64,000 nucleotides of DNA from Ranitomeya imitator (lineage: Eukaryota): contig NC_091290.1 in the NCBI RefSeq assembly GCF_032444005.1, forward strand, positions 35,960,001-36,024,000. The letters are read 5' to 3'. Made by a program: the position numbers and the translations under genes. Positions 1-10,863 of this stretch are shown piece by piece (position 1 is the stretch's first letter; the number at the start of each line of letters is the position of its first letter). The notes under the pieces were generated by a model. That model was not told the DNA's origin. It ran no database searches and worked only from the letters and a program-made list of their open reading frames with translations.

Positions 1-113
1 TTAGCACGAACAACCCCTTTAATACATGCAGCTCTCACCTCTGGAAATCTGATCTATACCGTTCAGATCCGGATTTATTAGGTCATGATCTAAACCAGGC
101 AAATACAACATTA

Positions 114-360
114 GGGTATGTGCACATGCATCTCATGGCAGAGAAAACTCTGCTTACAATTGGCACCTTTTTTACATGCGATTTTGCTGCAGATTTTTCT
201 CCTGCTCAGTTACAGTGAAATCTGCAGCAAAAAAATAAGCAGTGTGTGCATGAGACTTCAGGATTCTCATTCACTTTGCTGGCATCAGGAAACCCTTCAG
301 GTTTTGTGACAAATCTGGGCCGAAAAAAAACGTGACAAATCTGCAATGTGTGCACAGGCT
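114..360. mobile_element. Degenerate non-autonomous DNA element (MITE); a related copy lies in opposite orientation at 13687-14005
   Basis: TTA-GGGTATGTGCACA left end and degenerate TGTGCACAGGC right end; interior is the reverse complement of 13720-13800. Confidence 0.55.
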
Positions 361-941
361 CTTAAACTGCTGTACATTTTGCAAGTCCTTTAATCTATAA
401 CTACCAATGACATAAAAAAATACATGAAATGACGGCATCCTCCGCTGTCAAGACTCTCCATGTAAATGTGTAAGGTTTCTTTTTTTCAGTTTTGATTAAA
501 AAAAAAAACACAAAATGTACAATAAAGTTATTTGCACATAAACGCAACGGATTTTATGGATAGAAAATCAACCATAAAGCAGACGGGGCTTTACAAAATG
601 TCATCCGTGTGCTGCACATGGGAGCAAAACGCTAGAAGAAAAACTTAGCTGGCACCAGGAACAATGATTATGCCCTCATTCACATTAGATAGTCATCGGG
701 TCCCGTTAACACCAGTTGGAAATGATCTAATGCGTATGACCAGATTCTACATTGCTACAACATTGGCAACGATATACTCACCCCACTCACAACGTACACA
801 AAATATGGCAACAACGCCCCAATCTTTGAGTTTGTCTGTAAATCTTGAAGTGCCACCTAGGATAAATCAGGATAAGAATAAAGTTAATTCCTAATTTAGT
901 GAAGTGTTGGGTTGGTGGTGTTGGTTACATAACAAAGAGAC

Positions 942-1036
942 CTTCATAAGGTGCAGGTCGTCTCCCAGCACTGCCCTTGTCACACGCTGGTAATATTTCA
1001 GCAGGTCATCTGCAAGCATCGAGACGGCGGCAGGAA
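942..1036 (-). CDS. TAF6L: TAF6L coding exon 5 (VPAAVSMLADDLLKYYQRVTRAVLGDDLHLMK); later exons not found in the window and presumably lie to its left
   Basis: ccag acceptor, AAG/gt donor; 95 nt; matches DDLLKYYxxVTRAVLGDDxxLMK. Confidence 0.93.
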
Positions 1037-1115
1037 CTGGACGGAGAGAATATGAAAAATCAACAGCCGAAAGAGTTTATGTGGAGTGATAAGTACGTAG
1101 CATGTGAACACTTAC

Positions 1116-1166
1116 CAGTCCCCTGGGGCTCCAGGTTTCCTTTACTGTCCAGATAAGACACGTGAA
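1116..1166 (-). CDS. TAF6L: TAF6L coding exon 4 (VHVSYLDSKGNLEPQGT)
   Basis: ccag acceptor, G/gtaag donor; 51 nt; matches VHVSYLDGKGNLAPQG. Confidence 0.93.
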
Positions 1167-1243
1167 CTGGAAAAAGCAAAGAAAATTTTGCAACATCCAG
1201 CAGCAAACAAAACATGCTGAAGCAGGAGAAGTCGGCCTCTTAC

Positions 1244-1394
1244 CTCTCACGGCGGTCTCCGCGGTTCCCTTGGGAATGTTCGTGGCTAATGCCAGATCCA
1301 CCAAATTTATCTCACGGTCTTCAGCGCAATGACAGTCGCCATCTCTAACACTGCGGAACGAGACTGGGTCTGGGGATCCGTGACCATATATCGG
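1244..1394 (-). CDS. TAF6L: TAF6L coding exon 3 (PIYGHG...EDREINLVDLALATNIPKGTAETAVR)
   Basis: ttctag acceptor, G/gtaag donor; 151 nt; EDRExNLVxLALATNIPKGxAETAVR matches TAF6L. Confidence 0.95.
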
Positions 1395-4300
1395 CTAGAA
1401 CATAAAGTGATACACAAAAGTGACATCCTGCGTAATCTCAAAATCATCAGATGTGTCCAGCGCTATCTTTCATGATCGTGACCTGATCACCCATATAGCA
1501 ATATAGCCACCAATAATACATGGCGGTGCGAAGGAAAAAGGCAACACAAAAGAACCCCCTAATGGCAAAAACTAAGTCATAACCTTCCCCAATTAGCATT
1601 TTTTTTTATTTTTTGGTATTTTGTTTCCTCTCCCCCTTCTTCCAAGAGCCATAACTTCTCTACTTTTCTCCCGTATCAGCGTCTGCTTATTGCACAAACA
1701 ACAACATTTTAGTGATCTGGAACTTGTTTTTCCCATCGACGGACCTGTACAAGGACTTAGTTTACCTGAACGGTGACTTTTTTTCGATGCAGTTTTAGGG
1801 TACATGCAGAGACCAAAAAACAACATTTCTGTTTTGATTTTTTTTTTCTCTTTACGGCATTTGACCAGACAGGTTCATTCATTTTATATTGTCATAGATC
1901 GGACTGTTATGGATGCGTCAATAACCAAATATGTTTATTCATTATAATTTTTGAATTGTGGGAAAAAAAGGAAGGGGGAATGATTTAAACTTTTACATTT
2001 TCTTTATAACTTTTTTCCTTCACTTTCACATTTTTTTATTCCCTTTTGAGGACCTGAACCTGCGATCTTTTGATCTCTTGCTCTAAATACTGCAATAATT
2101 CAGTATTTTACTATATAGAAGAAATGACAATCACCTATAAAGCCAATCCTGTTAAGTAAAAAGATGGCAGCGATGAGGGCCTTTCCTGGCTGCCATGCAA
2201 TCCAACTACACCTGTCAGGCGCCAAAACAGTCGCATGATGCAATCACTCCCATTAAATGCTGCTGTCAAGAGAATGACAGCGGCACTTACATGATTAAAG
2301 GGAACCTGTCAGCAGGATTGTGCTCAGTAACCTACAGACAGTGTCAGGTCGCCATCATTATACTGATTACACTGTTAGGCCGGCTTCACACTTGCGAGTT
2401 TTATGGACGTAAGAGCGCAGAAACTACGTCCGTAAAACTCGCAAAAAATACGGCACAATTATTCTCTATGCCCCTGCTCCTATCTGCCGTATTTTACTGA
2501 TCAGTATTATACGGCTTTCTACGGCCGTACAAAATCGCAGCATGCTGCGTTTGTCACCGTACTGCGCAAGAAATACGCCAATGAAAGTCTATGGAAGCGT
2601 GAAAAATACGGATTACACACGGACAAGCAGTGTGACTTGCGAGAAATACGCAGCGGTGTTAGAGAGAAAAGCCGGCAATTCAGTGCGGTGTACAGTAAAA
2701 TCACACTGACAGCTTACAGTCCAATAGGTAGAATAAATGTGTACACATAGAATAGGTATGTATATATATATATGTCAGTGAGACACATATATGTATATAT
2801 ATTAATATTTATTCCAGCGCTATACAGCTTGAAAGCCGGTAATTCAATTACCGGCTTTTTCTTTCTCCTTCCTAAACCCGACATGATTTGAGACATGGTT
2901 TACATACAGTAAACCATGTCTTCTCTCCATTTTTTCTGCAGATTCCACACTACTAATGTCAGTAGTGTGTATCTGCAAAATTTGGCCGTTCTAGCTCTTA
3001 AAATAAAGGGTTAAATGGCGGAAAAAATTGGCGTGGGCTCCCGCGCAATTTTCTCCGCCAGAGTAGTAAAGCCAGTGACTGAGGGCAGATATTAATAGCC
3101 TGGAGAGGGTCCACGGTTATTGGCCCCCCCCCTGGCTAAAAACACCTGCCCCCAGCCACCCCAGAAAAGGCACATCTGGAAGATGCGCCTATTCTGGCAC
3201 TTGGCCACTCTCTTCCCATTCCCGTGTAGCGGTGGGATATGGGGTAATGAAGGGTTAATGCCACCTTGCTATTGTAAGGTGACATTAAGCCTAATTAATA
3301 ATGGAGAGGCGTCAATTATGACACCTATCCATTATTAATCCAATTGTAGTAAAGGGTTAAATAAAACACAAACACATTATTTAAAATTATTTTAATGAAA
3401 TAAAAACAATGGTTGTTGAAGTATTTTATTCTACGCCCAATCCAGTCACTGAAGACCCTCGTTCTGTAAGTAAAAAAACATAATAAACCAACAATATCCT
3501 TACCCTCCGCAGATCTGTAACGTCCAACGATGTAAATCCTTCTGAAGGGGTTAAAACATTTTGCACCAAGGAGTTCCGCTAATGCAGGCTGCTCCTTGCT
3601 GCAAAACCCCGGGGAATGAGGCTAAATATAGATCAATGATCTATATTTAGCTTCATTTGCGGTGAGGCGCCCTCTGCTGGCTGTTCATAGATCGTGGGAA
3701 CTTACCTAGAAAGCTCCCAGGCTCCCAGCTCCCAGGCTTTCTAGGAAAGTTCCCACGATCTATGAACATCCAGCAGAGGGCGCCTCACCGCAAATGAAGC
3801 TAAATATAGATCATTGATCTATATTTAGCCTCATTCCCCGGGGTTTTGCAGCAAGGAGCAGCCTGCATTAGCGGAACTCCTTGCTGCAAAATGTTTTAAC
3901 CCCTTCAGAAGGATTTACATCGTTGGACGTTACAGATCTGCGGAGGGTAAGGATATTGTTGGTTTATTATGTTTTTTTACTTACAGAACGAGGGTCTTCA
4001 GTGACTGGATTGGGCGTAGAATAAAATACTCCAACAACCATTGTTTTTATTTCATTAAAATAATTTTAAATAATGTGTTTGTGTTTTATTTAACCCTTTA
4101 CTACAATTGGATTAATAATGGATAGGTGTCATAATTGACACCTCTCCATTATTAATTTGGCTTAATGTCACCTTACAATATCAAGGTGGCATTAACCCTT
4201 CATTATCCCATATCCCACCGCTACACGGGAATGGGAAGAGAGTGGCCAAGTGCCAGAATAGGCGCATCTTCCAGATGTGCCTTTTCTGGGGTGGCAGGGG

Positions 4301-4626
4301 GCAGATGTTTTTAGCCAGGGGGGGGCCAATAACCATGGACCCTCTCCAGGCTATTAATATCTGCCCTCAGTCACTGGCTTTACTACTCTGGCGGAGAAAA
4401 TTGTGCGGGAGCCCACGCCAATTTTTTCCGCCATTTAACCCTTTAATTTATTAGCTAGAACGGCCAAATTTTGCAGATACACACTACTGACATTAGTAGT
4501 GTGGAATCTGCAAAAAAAAGGAGAGAAGACATGGTTTACTGTATGTAAACCATGTCTCAAATCATGTCGGGTTTTAGGAAGGAGAAAGAAAAAGCCGGTA
4601 ATTGAATTACCGGCTTTCAAGCTGTA

Positions 4627-5605
4627 ATTTGCTTTTTTGCACTGCATGCTGTGGCGGCACTGTCGGTCGAAGAGAGGGGAGAGTGGGTGTGGCTTACAGT
4701 GGCTGATGGGAGATTTGTATTCCTCTGCCTTTCAGTTGCCATCATGCAGTGGACACGTGAGGAGAGGTCATTTTGTGTTGAAGCGTATTTTTCAAATGCC
4801 CACTCGATCATTGCAGTGCTTTTCGTTTACAATTCGCTGTTCCTCCACGCGGACGTGTTCCTGGACGGCAATCAATTGTAAATTGGGTGAATGCATGTTT
4901 CTGATGAGGCACATTTTCACCTCAGTGGGTGTGTAAACAAACAAAATATGCGTTACTGGAGTGAAACAAACCCCAGAGAAGTTCACGAGAGACCTCTGCA
5001 TTCGGACCGCGTCACTGTGTGGTGCGCCATATCACGAGTAGGCATCATTGGTCCTTACTTTTTTCAGGATAATGGTCGTGCCATAACTGTGAACTCCGAA
5101 CGGTACTTGTCTATGATACAGGATTATTTTCAGCCGGCTCTTGAGGCAATGGAACTAGAGGATACATGGTTCCAACAGGATGGTGCCACTGCACACACAG
5201 CGAGGGTTACCATGAATTGTTTGAGGCAAATGTTTCCTGGATGGCTTATCTCTTTGAGGGGAGATGTGAACTGGCCAGCACGCTCACCAGATTTAGCCCC
5301 ATGCGATTTTTTCCTTTGGGGTTACCTGAAGTCTAAGGTGTATATCAACCGTCCCAACACCTTGGAAGACCTAAGGAACAATATTGAAGCTGAAATTGGC
5401 AGAATACCAGTGGACATGCTTGTTAGAGTTCATGAAAACTTCAGAAAACGTATGCAGCAGTGTGTGGATAGCGAAGGTCGACATTTGCCAGATACACTAT
5501 TTAAAACCATGTAATTTAAAAATTCCATTACTGTTCAGTATAATTAAAATATAAAATAAATTTTTCTAATGATCATAATTTTTTTATTTCATTCCCAAAT
5601 CAGCA
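4627..5605 (+). mobile_element. Defective DD41D (rosa/Visitor family) Tc1/mariner transposon; transposase remnant 4744-5514 with a frameshift and an internal deletion
   Basis: SDEAHF; WFQQDGATAHT then 41 residues to PCDFFLWGYLKSKVY. The N-terminal MQWTREERSFCVEAYF segment joins directly to the catalytic domain near 4895. The right end runs into an N gap and no left TIR was found. Confidence 0.85.
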
Positions 5606-5750
5606 NNNNNNNNNNNNNNNNNNNNNNNNNNNNNNNNNNNNNNNNNNNNNNNNNNNNNNNNNNNNNNNNNNNNNNNNNNNNNNNNNNNNNNNNNNNNNNN
5701 NNNNNNNNNNNNNNNNNNNNNNNNNNNNNNNNNNNNNNNNNNNNNNNNNN
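5606..5750. other. Assembly gap (145 N)
   Basis: Run of N. Confidence 1.
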
Positions 5751-6627
5751 CTTCTATAGCGGTATGTTGGTTTTGCAAGCCTGCGAGAAAACCACGCAGT
5801 ACGGATGCCATACGGATTACATACGGAGGATGCCATGCGCAAAAAACGCTGACACACCCTGCCTACGGAGGAGCTACGGACCACTATTTTCGGGACTTTT
5901 CAGCGTATTACGGCCGTAATATACGGACCGTATTTTCATACGCTGAGTGTGAAGCCGGCCTTATACTGATTACACTGATACCTGGTGATGAAATCCATCT
6001 TGTGGTTGATGTGCAATCTTTATTTTCAGTTTTGAGTTAATGATATGCTTGTGCTCCGGGGCGGCCTGTGGTTGTTTGCATGTGGTGCTCGGATTAGGTA
6101 TTCATACTGATCTCTCTGTGACCTGCCCCCTAGTTTACATAATGAATGCCTGTACATACTGAAGAAAAAAAAAAAAAAAACCTTCTGCAGGCAGGTGCTG
6201 GCCGTGGACCTGCGCTGCAGCATAATCGCATGTTTAGTGTCCTAGTAATCACTGTTCCTCATGTTATTGATCAAGTAAAAAAAATAGAATTATTCTTACC
6301 GTTAATTCGGTTTCTAGTAACCCACCACGACAGCACACCTGGAGTTTATCCATGGAGGATGTTACCCCTTTCCTAATAGGGACAGGAAATGACAAGAGGT
6401 TAAATAACCCCTCCCTCATCCTCCCCTCAGTGTTATTATAAAGGACCACAGGAGAATGAATGCTTCAAATTATATTTATTCTTTTCAGAACGTATATTAA
6501 GCAAAGGGAGGGATTACTCCTGCTGTCGTGGTGGGTTACTAGAAACCGAATTAACGGTAAGAATAATTCTATTTTCTCTAGTAACCCCCCACGACAGCAC
6601 ACCTGGAGCAGTACCCAAGAGTAATTT

Positions 6628-9447
6628 TTAGGGAGGGACTACAGCACTAAGGACTTTTTCTCCGAAGGCTAAGTCTTCTTTTGACATCAGGTCAAGCCTG
6701 TAATGTTTGGAGAACGTATGGACCGAGGACCACGTGGCCGCTCTGCATATTTGCTCGATGGAAGCACTGGCTTTCTCGGCCCAGGAGACAGCTGTTGGTC
6801 TAGTAGAATGGGCTGTAAGCTTTCCTGGTGGTGGAAGGCCTTGAATTTGATAAGCCTCCAGGATTGCTCTTTTGATCCAATTTGCAATTGTGGATCTGGA
6901 AGTCTTCTTCCCCTTATTCTGGCCGAGAAGATGAATAAACAGATTTTGATCTTTTCTAATCTTTTCTGATGCATGAAGATAATAGAGTACCATTCTTCGA
7001 ACATCCAAAGTATGGAAATGTTCCTCTTCCTCATTCTTTGGTTCTTGATAGAATGATGGAAGAATTATCTCCTGCGATTTGTGGAAATCGGAGACGACCT
7101 TTGGGAGAAAGGATGGGTCTAATCGTAGGATAAGCCTGTCCTGAAGAATCTTCATGTAGGGCTCGTTGATTGATAGGGCTTGTAGTTCACCCACTCTTCT
7201 GGCTGTTGTTATAGCTACCAGGAAGGTGGTTTTCCAAGCGAGTTTATCCATGGTTATGGAAGATAAGGGTTCAAATGGTGGCAGTGTAAGTCCTTTCAGG
7301 ACTATATTCAGGTCCCAGGAAGGAACTATATTTATGGGTCTTGGAGATATGCGGGATGCCGCCGTCATGAATCTTCTTACCCATCTATGGTTGGCTAAAG
7401 ACTGGTCAACTTGTACCTTGAGGGTGCTGGGTCTGAGACCCTTCTCCAGCCCATCTTGTAGAAAATCCAGGATCTTGGCTAGGTTTGGTTTCTCTGGGTT
7501 AGGTTGCTCAGGAGCACACCACGTGATGAACGTCTTCCAGATCTTTTGGTAAATAGAATTAGTTACCGTTTTGCGACTTTTTTGTAATGTTTCAATTACT
7601 CTCTTTGATAGTCCTCTAGTTCTCAGAATTGAGAATTCAGAAGCCAGGCATTTAGGTGTAGCCTCTCGGGATCTGGATGCAGTATTGGCCCCTGGTAGAG
7701 AAGGTCTTTGACCGGTGGAAGTGCTATTGGCCCATCTATCTTTAGACTGATGAGGGCCCCAAACCAACCTCTTTTGGGCCAAAGTGGAGCCACTAGGATC
7801 ACCTTGAGTTTTTCTGCCCTTATTTTCTGCAGGACTTTTGGTAGGATCGGCAATGGCGGGAACGCGTATGCTAGCGAGAATGTCCATGGCTGGACCAATG
7901 CGTCCACAGCTAACCCCGGATTCATCGGATCTAGCGAGAAGAACTGGTCTACCTTTGCGTTCTGACTGTTCGCGAACAAGTCCACTTCTGGCTGTCCCCA
8001 TCTTTTGACTAGTATCTGAAAGACTTCTGGGTTTAGGCTCCATTCTCCTGGATGGACCTCTGTTCTGCTCAGGAAGTCGGCTTGTACGTTTATCTCCCCT
8101 TTTATGTGTAGGGCGGATATGGAGAGAACATGTTCTTCGGCCCACGAAAATATTCTTGCTGATATTCTTTTTAGATCTTCGTGTCTTGTACTTCCCTGGT
8201 GGCGAAGGTGGGCAACTGTTGTCATGTTGTCTGAGTATATTTTTAAGTGGGAATTTTGTACAAGAGTTACCGCCGCTTTGAGAACTTCTTCTACTGCTTT
8301 TAGCTCTTTGTAATTCGAGGATTGTTGTGTTATTTCGGCTGACCAGAATCCCTGGAATATGTGCTGGTCTACCGTAGCTCCCCAACCTTTTCCACTGGCA
8401 TCTACTGTTATGGTCACTGCTGGGACCTGCAACCAGGGAACTCCTCTCATTAAGTTCTCTTTTTGTAGCCACCATGTTAATGAGGACTTTACATGCAGTG
8501 GTATCCGGATCTTTTTGTCTAGAGAACCTGGGGATCCGTCCCAGCTTGACAGAATATGAGTCTGAAGTATCCTGGTGTGGGCTTGAGCCCATGCCACCAT
8601 CTGTATGCAAGATGTCATGGTACCTAGAACCGACATGGCCCATCTTAGAGATACTCTCTTCTTGTCCCGCAATGTTCTTATCCTTGATGTAAGCAGGGAC
8701 CGTTTTTGTTCGGGCAAGAAAGATGTTTGTCTGTGGGAGTCTAATAAGACCCCTAAAAAGATCTTCGTTGTGGACGGAACCATATCCGATTTTTTGGGGT
8801 TTATCACCCAACCCAGAGATGACAGGATCTGGACTGTTGTTTGAAGATGTTCCTGTAGAATTGGAACCGTGGGAGCCACTACCAAGAGGTCGTCGAGGTA
8901 TGGGATTATGCATATCCGTCGACTTCTGATGTACGCCATGACCTCGGACATGACCTTTGTAAAGATCCTTGGAGCTGATGATAGTCCGAATGGGAGGACA
9001 TTGAACTGGAAGTGGTCTATAACTTCTCCTCTGGTGACTGCAAACCTTAGAAATTTCCGATAGGTTGGATGGACTGGGACGTGATAATATGCGTCCTGTA
9101 AGTCGATGGTTGCCATGACGAAGTCTTGCCCTATTAAGGGTACTGTCGATCTGACGGACTCCATTCTGAATCTTCTGTAGGTTACATATTGATTCAGCGG
9201 TTTCAGATTGATTATCATCCGATGGGTTCCGTTTGGTTTCCTTATCAGAAATAGGCTGGAATAATGGCCCTTGTTTCTTTCGTCTTTTGGGACTGTGGAG
9301 ATCACCTTGTTGATTAAGAGATCTTCTATCCCAGTTATCAGGGTGGACTGTAGCTTCGGTGTTGATAACGTTGTAGTTTTCATTCTTTTTTGGGGATATG
9401 ATGTAAACTCTATTTTCATCCCCTCTTTGACCAATCTTAAGGTCCAC
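6628..9447 (-). CDS. DIRS ORF3 tyrosine recombinase (catalytic domain in the C-terminal ~330 aa; long N-terminal frame overlaps ORF2; the ORF-track start codon is GTG)
   Basis: ARRVGEL (R), AHSTR (HxxR) and FSKHY (Y) catalytic motifs. Confidence 0.9.
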   Translation of the reverse strand: MDLKIGQRGDENRVYIISPKKNENYNVINTEATVHPDNWDRRSLNQQGDLHSPKRRKKQGPLFQPISDKETKRNPSDDNQSETAESICNLQKIQNGVRQIDSTLNRARLRHGNHRLTGRILSRPSPSNLSEISKVCSHQRRSYRPLPVQCPPIRTIISSKDLYKGHVRGHGVHQKSTDMHNPIPRRPLGSGSHGSNSTGTSSNNSPDPVISGLGDKPQKIGYGSVHNEDLFRGLIRLPQTNIFLARTKTVPAYIKDKNIAGQEESISKMGHVGSRYHDILHTDGGMGSSPHQDTSDSYSVKLGRIPRFSRQKDPDTTACKVLINMVATKRELNERSSLVAGPSSDHNSRCQWKRLGSYGRPAHIPGILVSRNNTTILELQRAKSSRRSSQSGGNSCTKFPLKNILRQHDNSCPPSPPGKYKTRRSKKNISKNIFVGRRTCSLHIRPTHKRGDKRTSRLPEQNRGPSRRMEPKPRSLSDTSQKMGTARSGLVREQSERKGRPVLLARSDESGVSCGRIGPAMDILASIRVPAIADPTKSPAENKGRKTQGDPSGSTLAQKRLVWGPHQSKDRWANSTSTGQRPSLPGANTASRSREATPKCLASEFSILRTRGLSKRVIETLQKSRKTVTNSIYQKIWKTFITWCAPEQPNPEKPNLAKILDFLQDGLEKGLRPSTLKVQVDQSLANHRWVRRFMTAASRISPRPINIVPSWDLNIVLKGLTLPPFEPLSSITMDKLAWKTTFLVAITTARRVGELQALSINEPYMKILQDRLILRLDPSFLPKVVSDFHKSQEIILPSFYQEPKNEEEEHFHTLDVRRMVLYYLHASEKIRKDQNLFIHLLGQNKGKKTSRSTIANWIKRAILEAYQIQGLPPPGKLTAHSTRPTAVSWAEKASASIEQICRAATWSSVHTFSKHYRLDLMSKEDLAFGEKVLSAVVPP

Positions 9448-9728
9448 TGATCCACACCGATCTCTTGCCAGACTGGGAGGAAGTTCGAAATCCGACCCCC
9501 CACTATGACGGCGTCATTGCTTTCTCTGGTTTTGGGGTTGTGAAAGAAAAAGATTCCTGTCTTTCCCTCCTTTCGGATAGCTCCAGCGACCTGTTTTACC
9601 CTTTCCTCTGTATTGAGGAGTATGCTCCTGCTGAGTGCGGAAGGGTCTTTTCCTAGGGTTTCTAGGTTCTGGTAAGGTCTTTTTCTTGTCTGAAGCCTTC
9701 TCCAAAAGGTCATCCAAGGCTGGTCCAA
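7623..9728 (-). CDS. DIRS ORF2: reverse transcriptase, RNase H and adenine-methyltransferase-like (MT) domain
   Basis: IDLQDAYYHV, LPFGLSSAP, YLDD; RNase H VDAS..GWG, ELKAV, SDN, ADFLSR; MT DLFA and YAFPP motifs. The true start is uncertain (frameshift or reinitiation). Confidence 0.92.
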   Translation of the reverse strand: MDQPWMTFWRRLQTRKRPYQNLETLGKDPSALSRSILLNTEERVKQVAGAIRKEGKTGIFFFHNPKTRESNDAVIVGGRISNFLPVWQEIGVDQWTLRLVKEGMKIEFTSYPQKRMKTTTLSTPKLQSTLITGIEDLLINKVISTVPKDERNKGHYSSLFLIRKPNGTHRMIINLKPLNQYVTYRRFRMESVRSTVPLIGQDFVMATIDLQDAYYHVPVHPTYRKFLRFAVTRGEVIDHFQFNVLPFGLSSAPRIFTKVMSEVMAYIRSRRICIIPYLDDLLVVAPTVPILQEHLQTTVQILSSLGWVINPKKSDMVPSTTKIFLGVLLDSHRQTSFLPEQKRSLLTSRIRTLRDKKRVSLRWAMSVLGTMTSCIQMVAWAQAHTRILQTHILSSWDGSPGSLDKKIRIPLHVKSSLTWWLQKENLMRGVPWLQVPAVTITVDASGKGWGATVDQHIFQGFWSAEITQQSSNYKELKAVEEVLKAAVTLVQNSHLKIYSDNMTTVAHLRHQGSTRHEDLKRISARIFSWAEEHVLSISALHIKGEINVQADFLSRTEVHPGEWSLNPEVFQILVKRWGQPEVDLFANSQNAKVDQFFSLDPMNPGLAVDALVQPWTFSLAYAFPPLPILPKVLQKIRAEKLKVILVAPLWPKRGWFGALISLKIDGPIALPPVKDLLYQGPILHPDPERLHLNAWLLNSQF

Positions 9729-10863
9729 ACATATACTTTCCTTTAAAGGGAATAGAACACAGCCTCATCTTGGAAGTCATATCCCCAGACCAGGATCTTA
9801 GCCAGAGTGCACGCCTTACCGAGTTTGACAGTGCGGATGATCTCGCCGTCACTCTCACGGATTCTGCAGAAGCATCTGCTAAAAAGCCTGTTGCTTTCTG
9901 GAAGATAGGCAAGGAGGCCAGAATATCTTCTCTCGGAGTACCTGAGGACAAGGGCTCCTCTAGCTGCCCCAGCCAGCGATGCATCGATCTAGCCACGCAA
10001 GTGGATACTGAATTGATGTTCAGTAAAGATGCTGACGTTTCCCACGACTTCCTTAGTAGTCCGTCCATCTTACGTTCCAGAGGGTCTCTCAGTTGGGAGG
10101 CATCCTCGAATGGTAGCGTGGTCTTTTTGGCTACTCTGGCAATCTGGACGTCCACTTTTGGGACTTCTGACCAGCATGACGCTGTCTCGGCATCCACAGG
10201 AAATCTGTCTTTAATTTCCGCTGGAGTAGTCAGCTTCTTTTCTGGGGATTCCCACTCGTCCAGAACTAAATCTCGGATGTTTTGGTGAATAGGAAACACC
10301 TGACGCTTCCTAGAACGAAGTCCTCCAAACATCTCTTCTTGCACTGACTGTGCCGTCTTCTCTTCCTCAACCTCCATAGTTTTCCTTACAGCCGTAAGGA
10401 GTTCTTCTATATAAGATGAAGAGAAGTAGTATCTCTCTTGCTGGACAGTTTCAGAGTCCAGGGATAATTCACCCTCCTCTGGGGGTTCGTCCGACGTCTC
10501 TCCCTGAGAGTCCTCCTGCTCTTCCTCCTGTGGATTAAGTTTCCTTTTCTTAGCCTCAGGAGGGGCACTAGGAGATGGTGTAGGCTGGGAAAGAGTGGCC
10601 AGAGATGTTTTAATCTCCTGCTGGATTAAGGTTTTAATCTCCTCTATCAGGGATGGCCGTTCCTCGCTGATAATTTTGTCTGTGCATTCTTTGCACAATG
10701 ATTTCTTGTATGAAGAGGACAGCTTCTTCATACAAACTGCGCATTTGCGGGTAGTTTTTGTTTTGCTTCCTGATGTGGATTCCTTGTCCCCTGGGGCCGG
10801 GATGGTGCTGTGTTCTGCAGGTGCAGAGCGCGAGGAAGCAGACATCTCCATAGTCTTCACCAC
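9514..10863 (-). CDS. DIRS gag-like ORF1 (about 449 aa)
   Basis: N-terminal CAVC-x10-CKEC zinc motif and PKVD...DPLERK region typical of vertebrate DIRS ORF1. Confidence 0.85.
   Translation of the reverse strand: MVKTMEMSASSRSAPAEHSTIPAPGDKESTSGSKTKTTRKCAVCMKKLSSSYKKSLCKECTDKIISEERPSLIEEIKTLIQQEIKTSLATLSQPTPSPSAPPEAKKRKLNPQEEEQEDSQGETSDEPPEEGELSLDSETVQQERYYFSSSYIEELLTAVRKTMEVEEEKTAQSVQEEMFGGLRSRKRQVFPIHQNIRDLVLDEWESPEKKLTTPAEIKDRFPVDAETASCWSEVPKVDVQIARVAKKTTLPFEDASQLRDPLERKMDGLLRKSWETSASLLNINSVSTCVARSMHRWLGQLEEPLSSGTPREDILASLPIFQKATGFLADASAESVRVTARSSALSNSVRRALWLRSWSGDMTSKMRLCSIPFKGKYMFGPALDDLLEKASDKKKTLPEPRNPRKRPFRTQQEHTPQYRGKGKTGRWSYPKGGKDRNLFLSQPQNQRKQ

Larger units (their letters stand above)
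2378..5960. mobile_element. Large PIF/Harbinger-like non-autonomous element with TTA target duplication and ~890 bp internal inverted arms (2823-3714 / 3736-4626)
   Basis: TTA-GGCCGGCTTCACAC ... GTGTGAAGCCGGCC-TTA termini; arms visibly reverse-complementary. The element spans an N gap, so continuity is assumed. Confidence 0.75.

Noticed and set aside
5569-5919. ORFs spanning N runs (also 15024-15278)
   Set aside because: Artefacts of assembly gaps.
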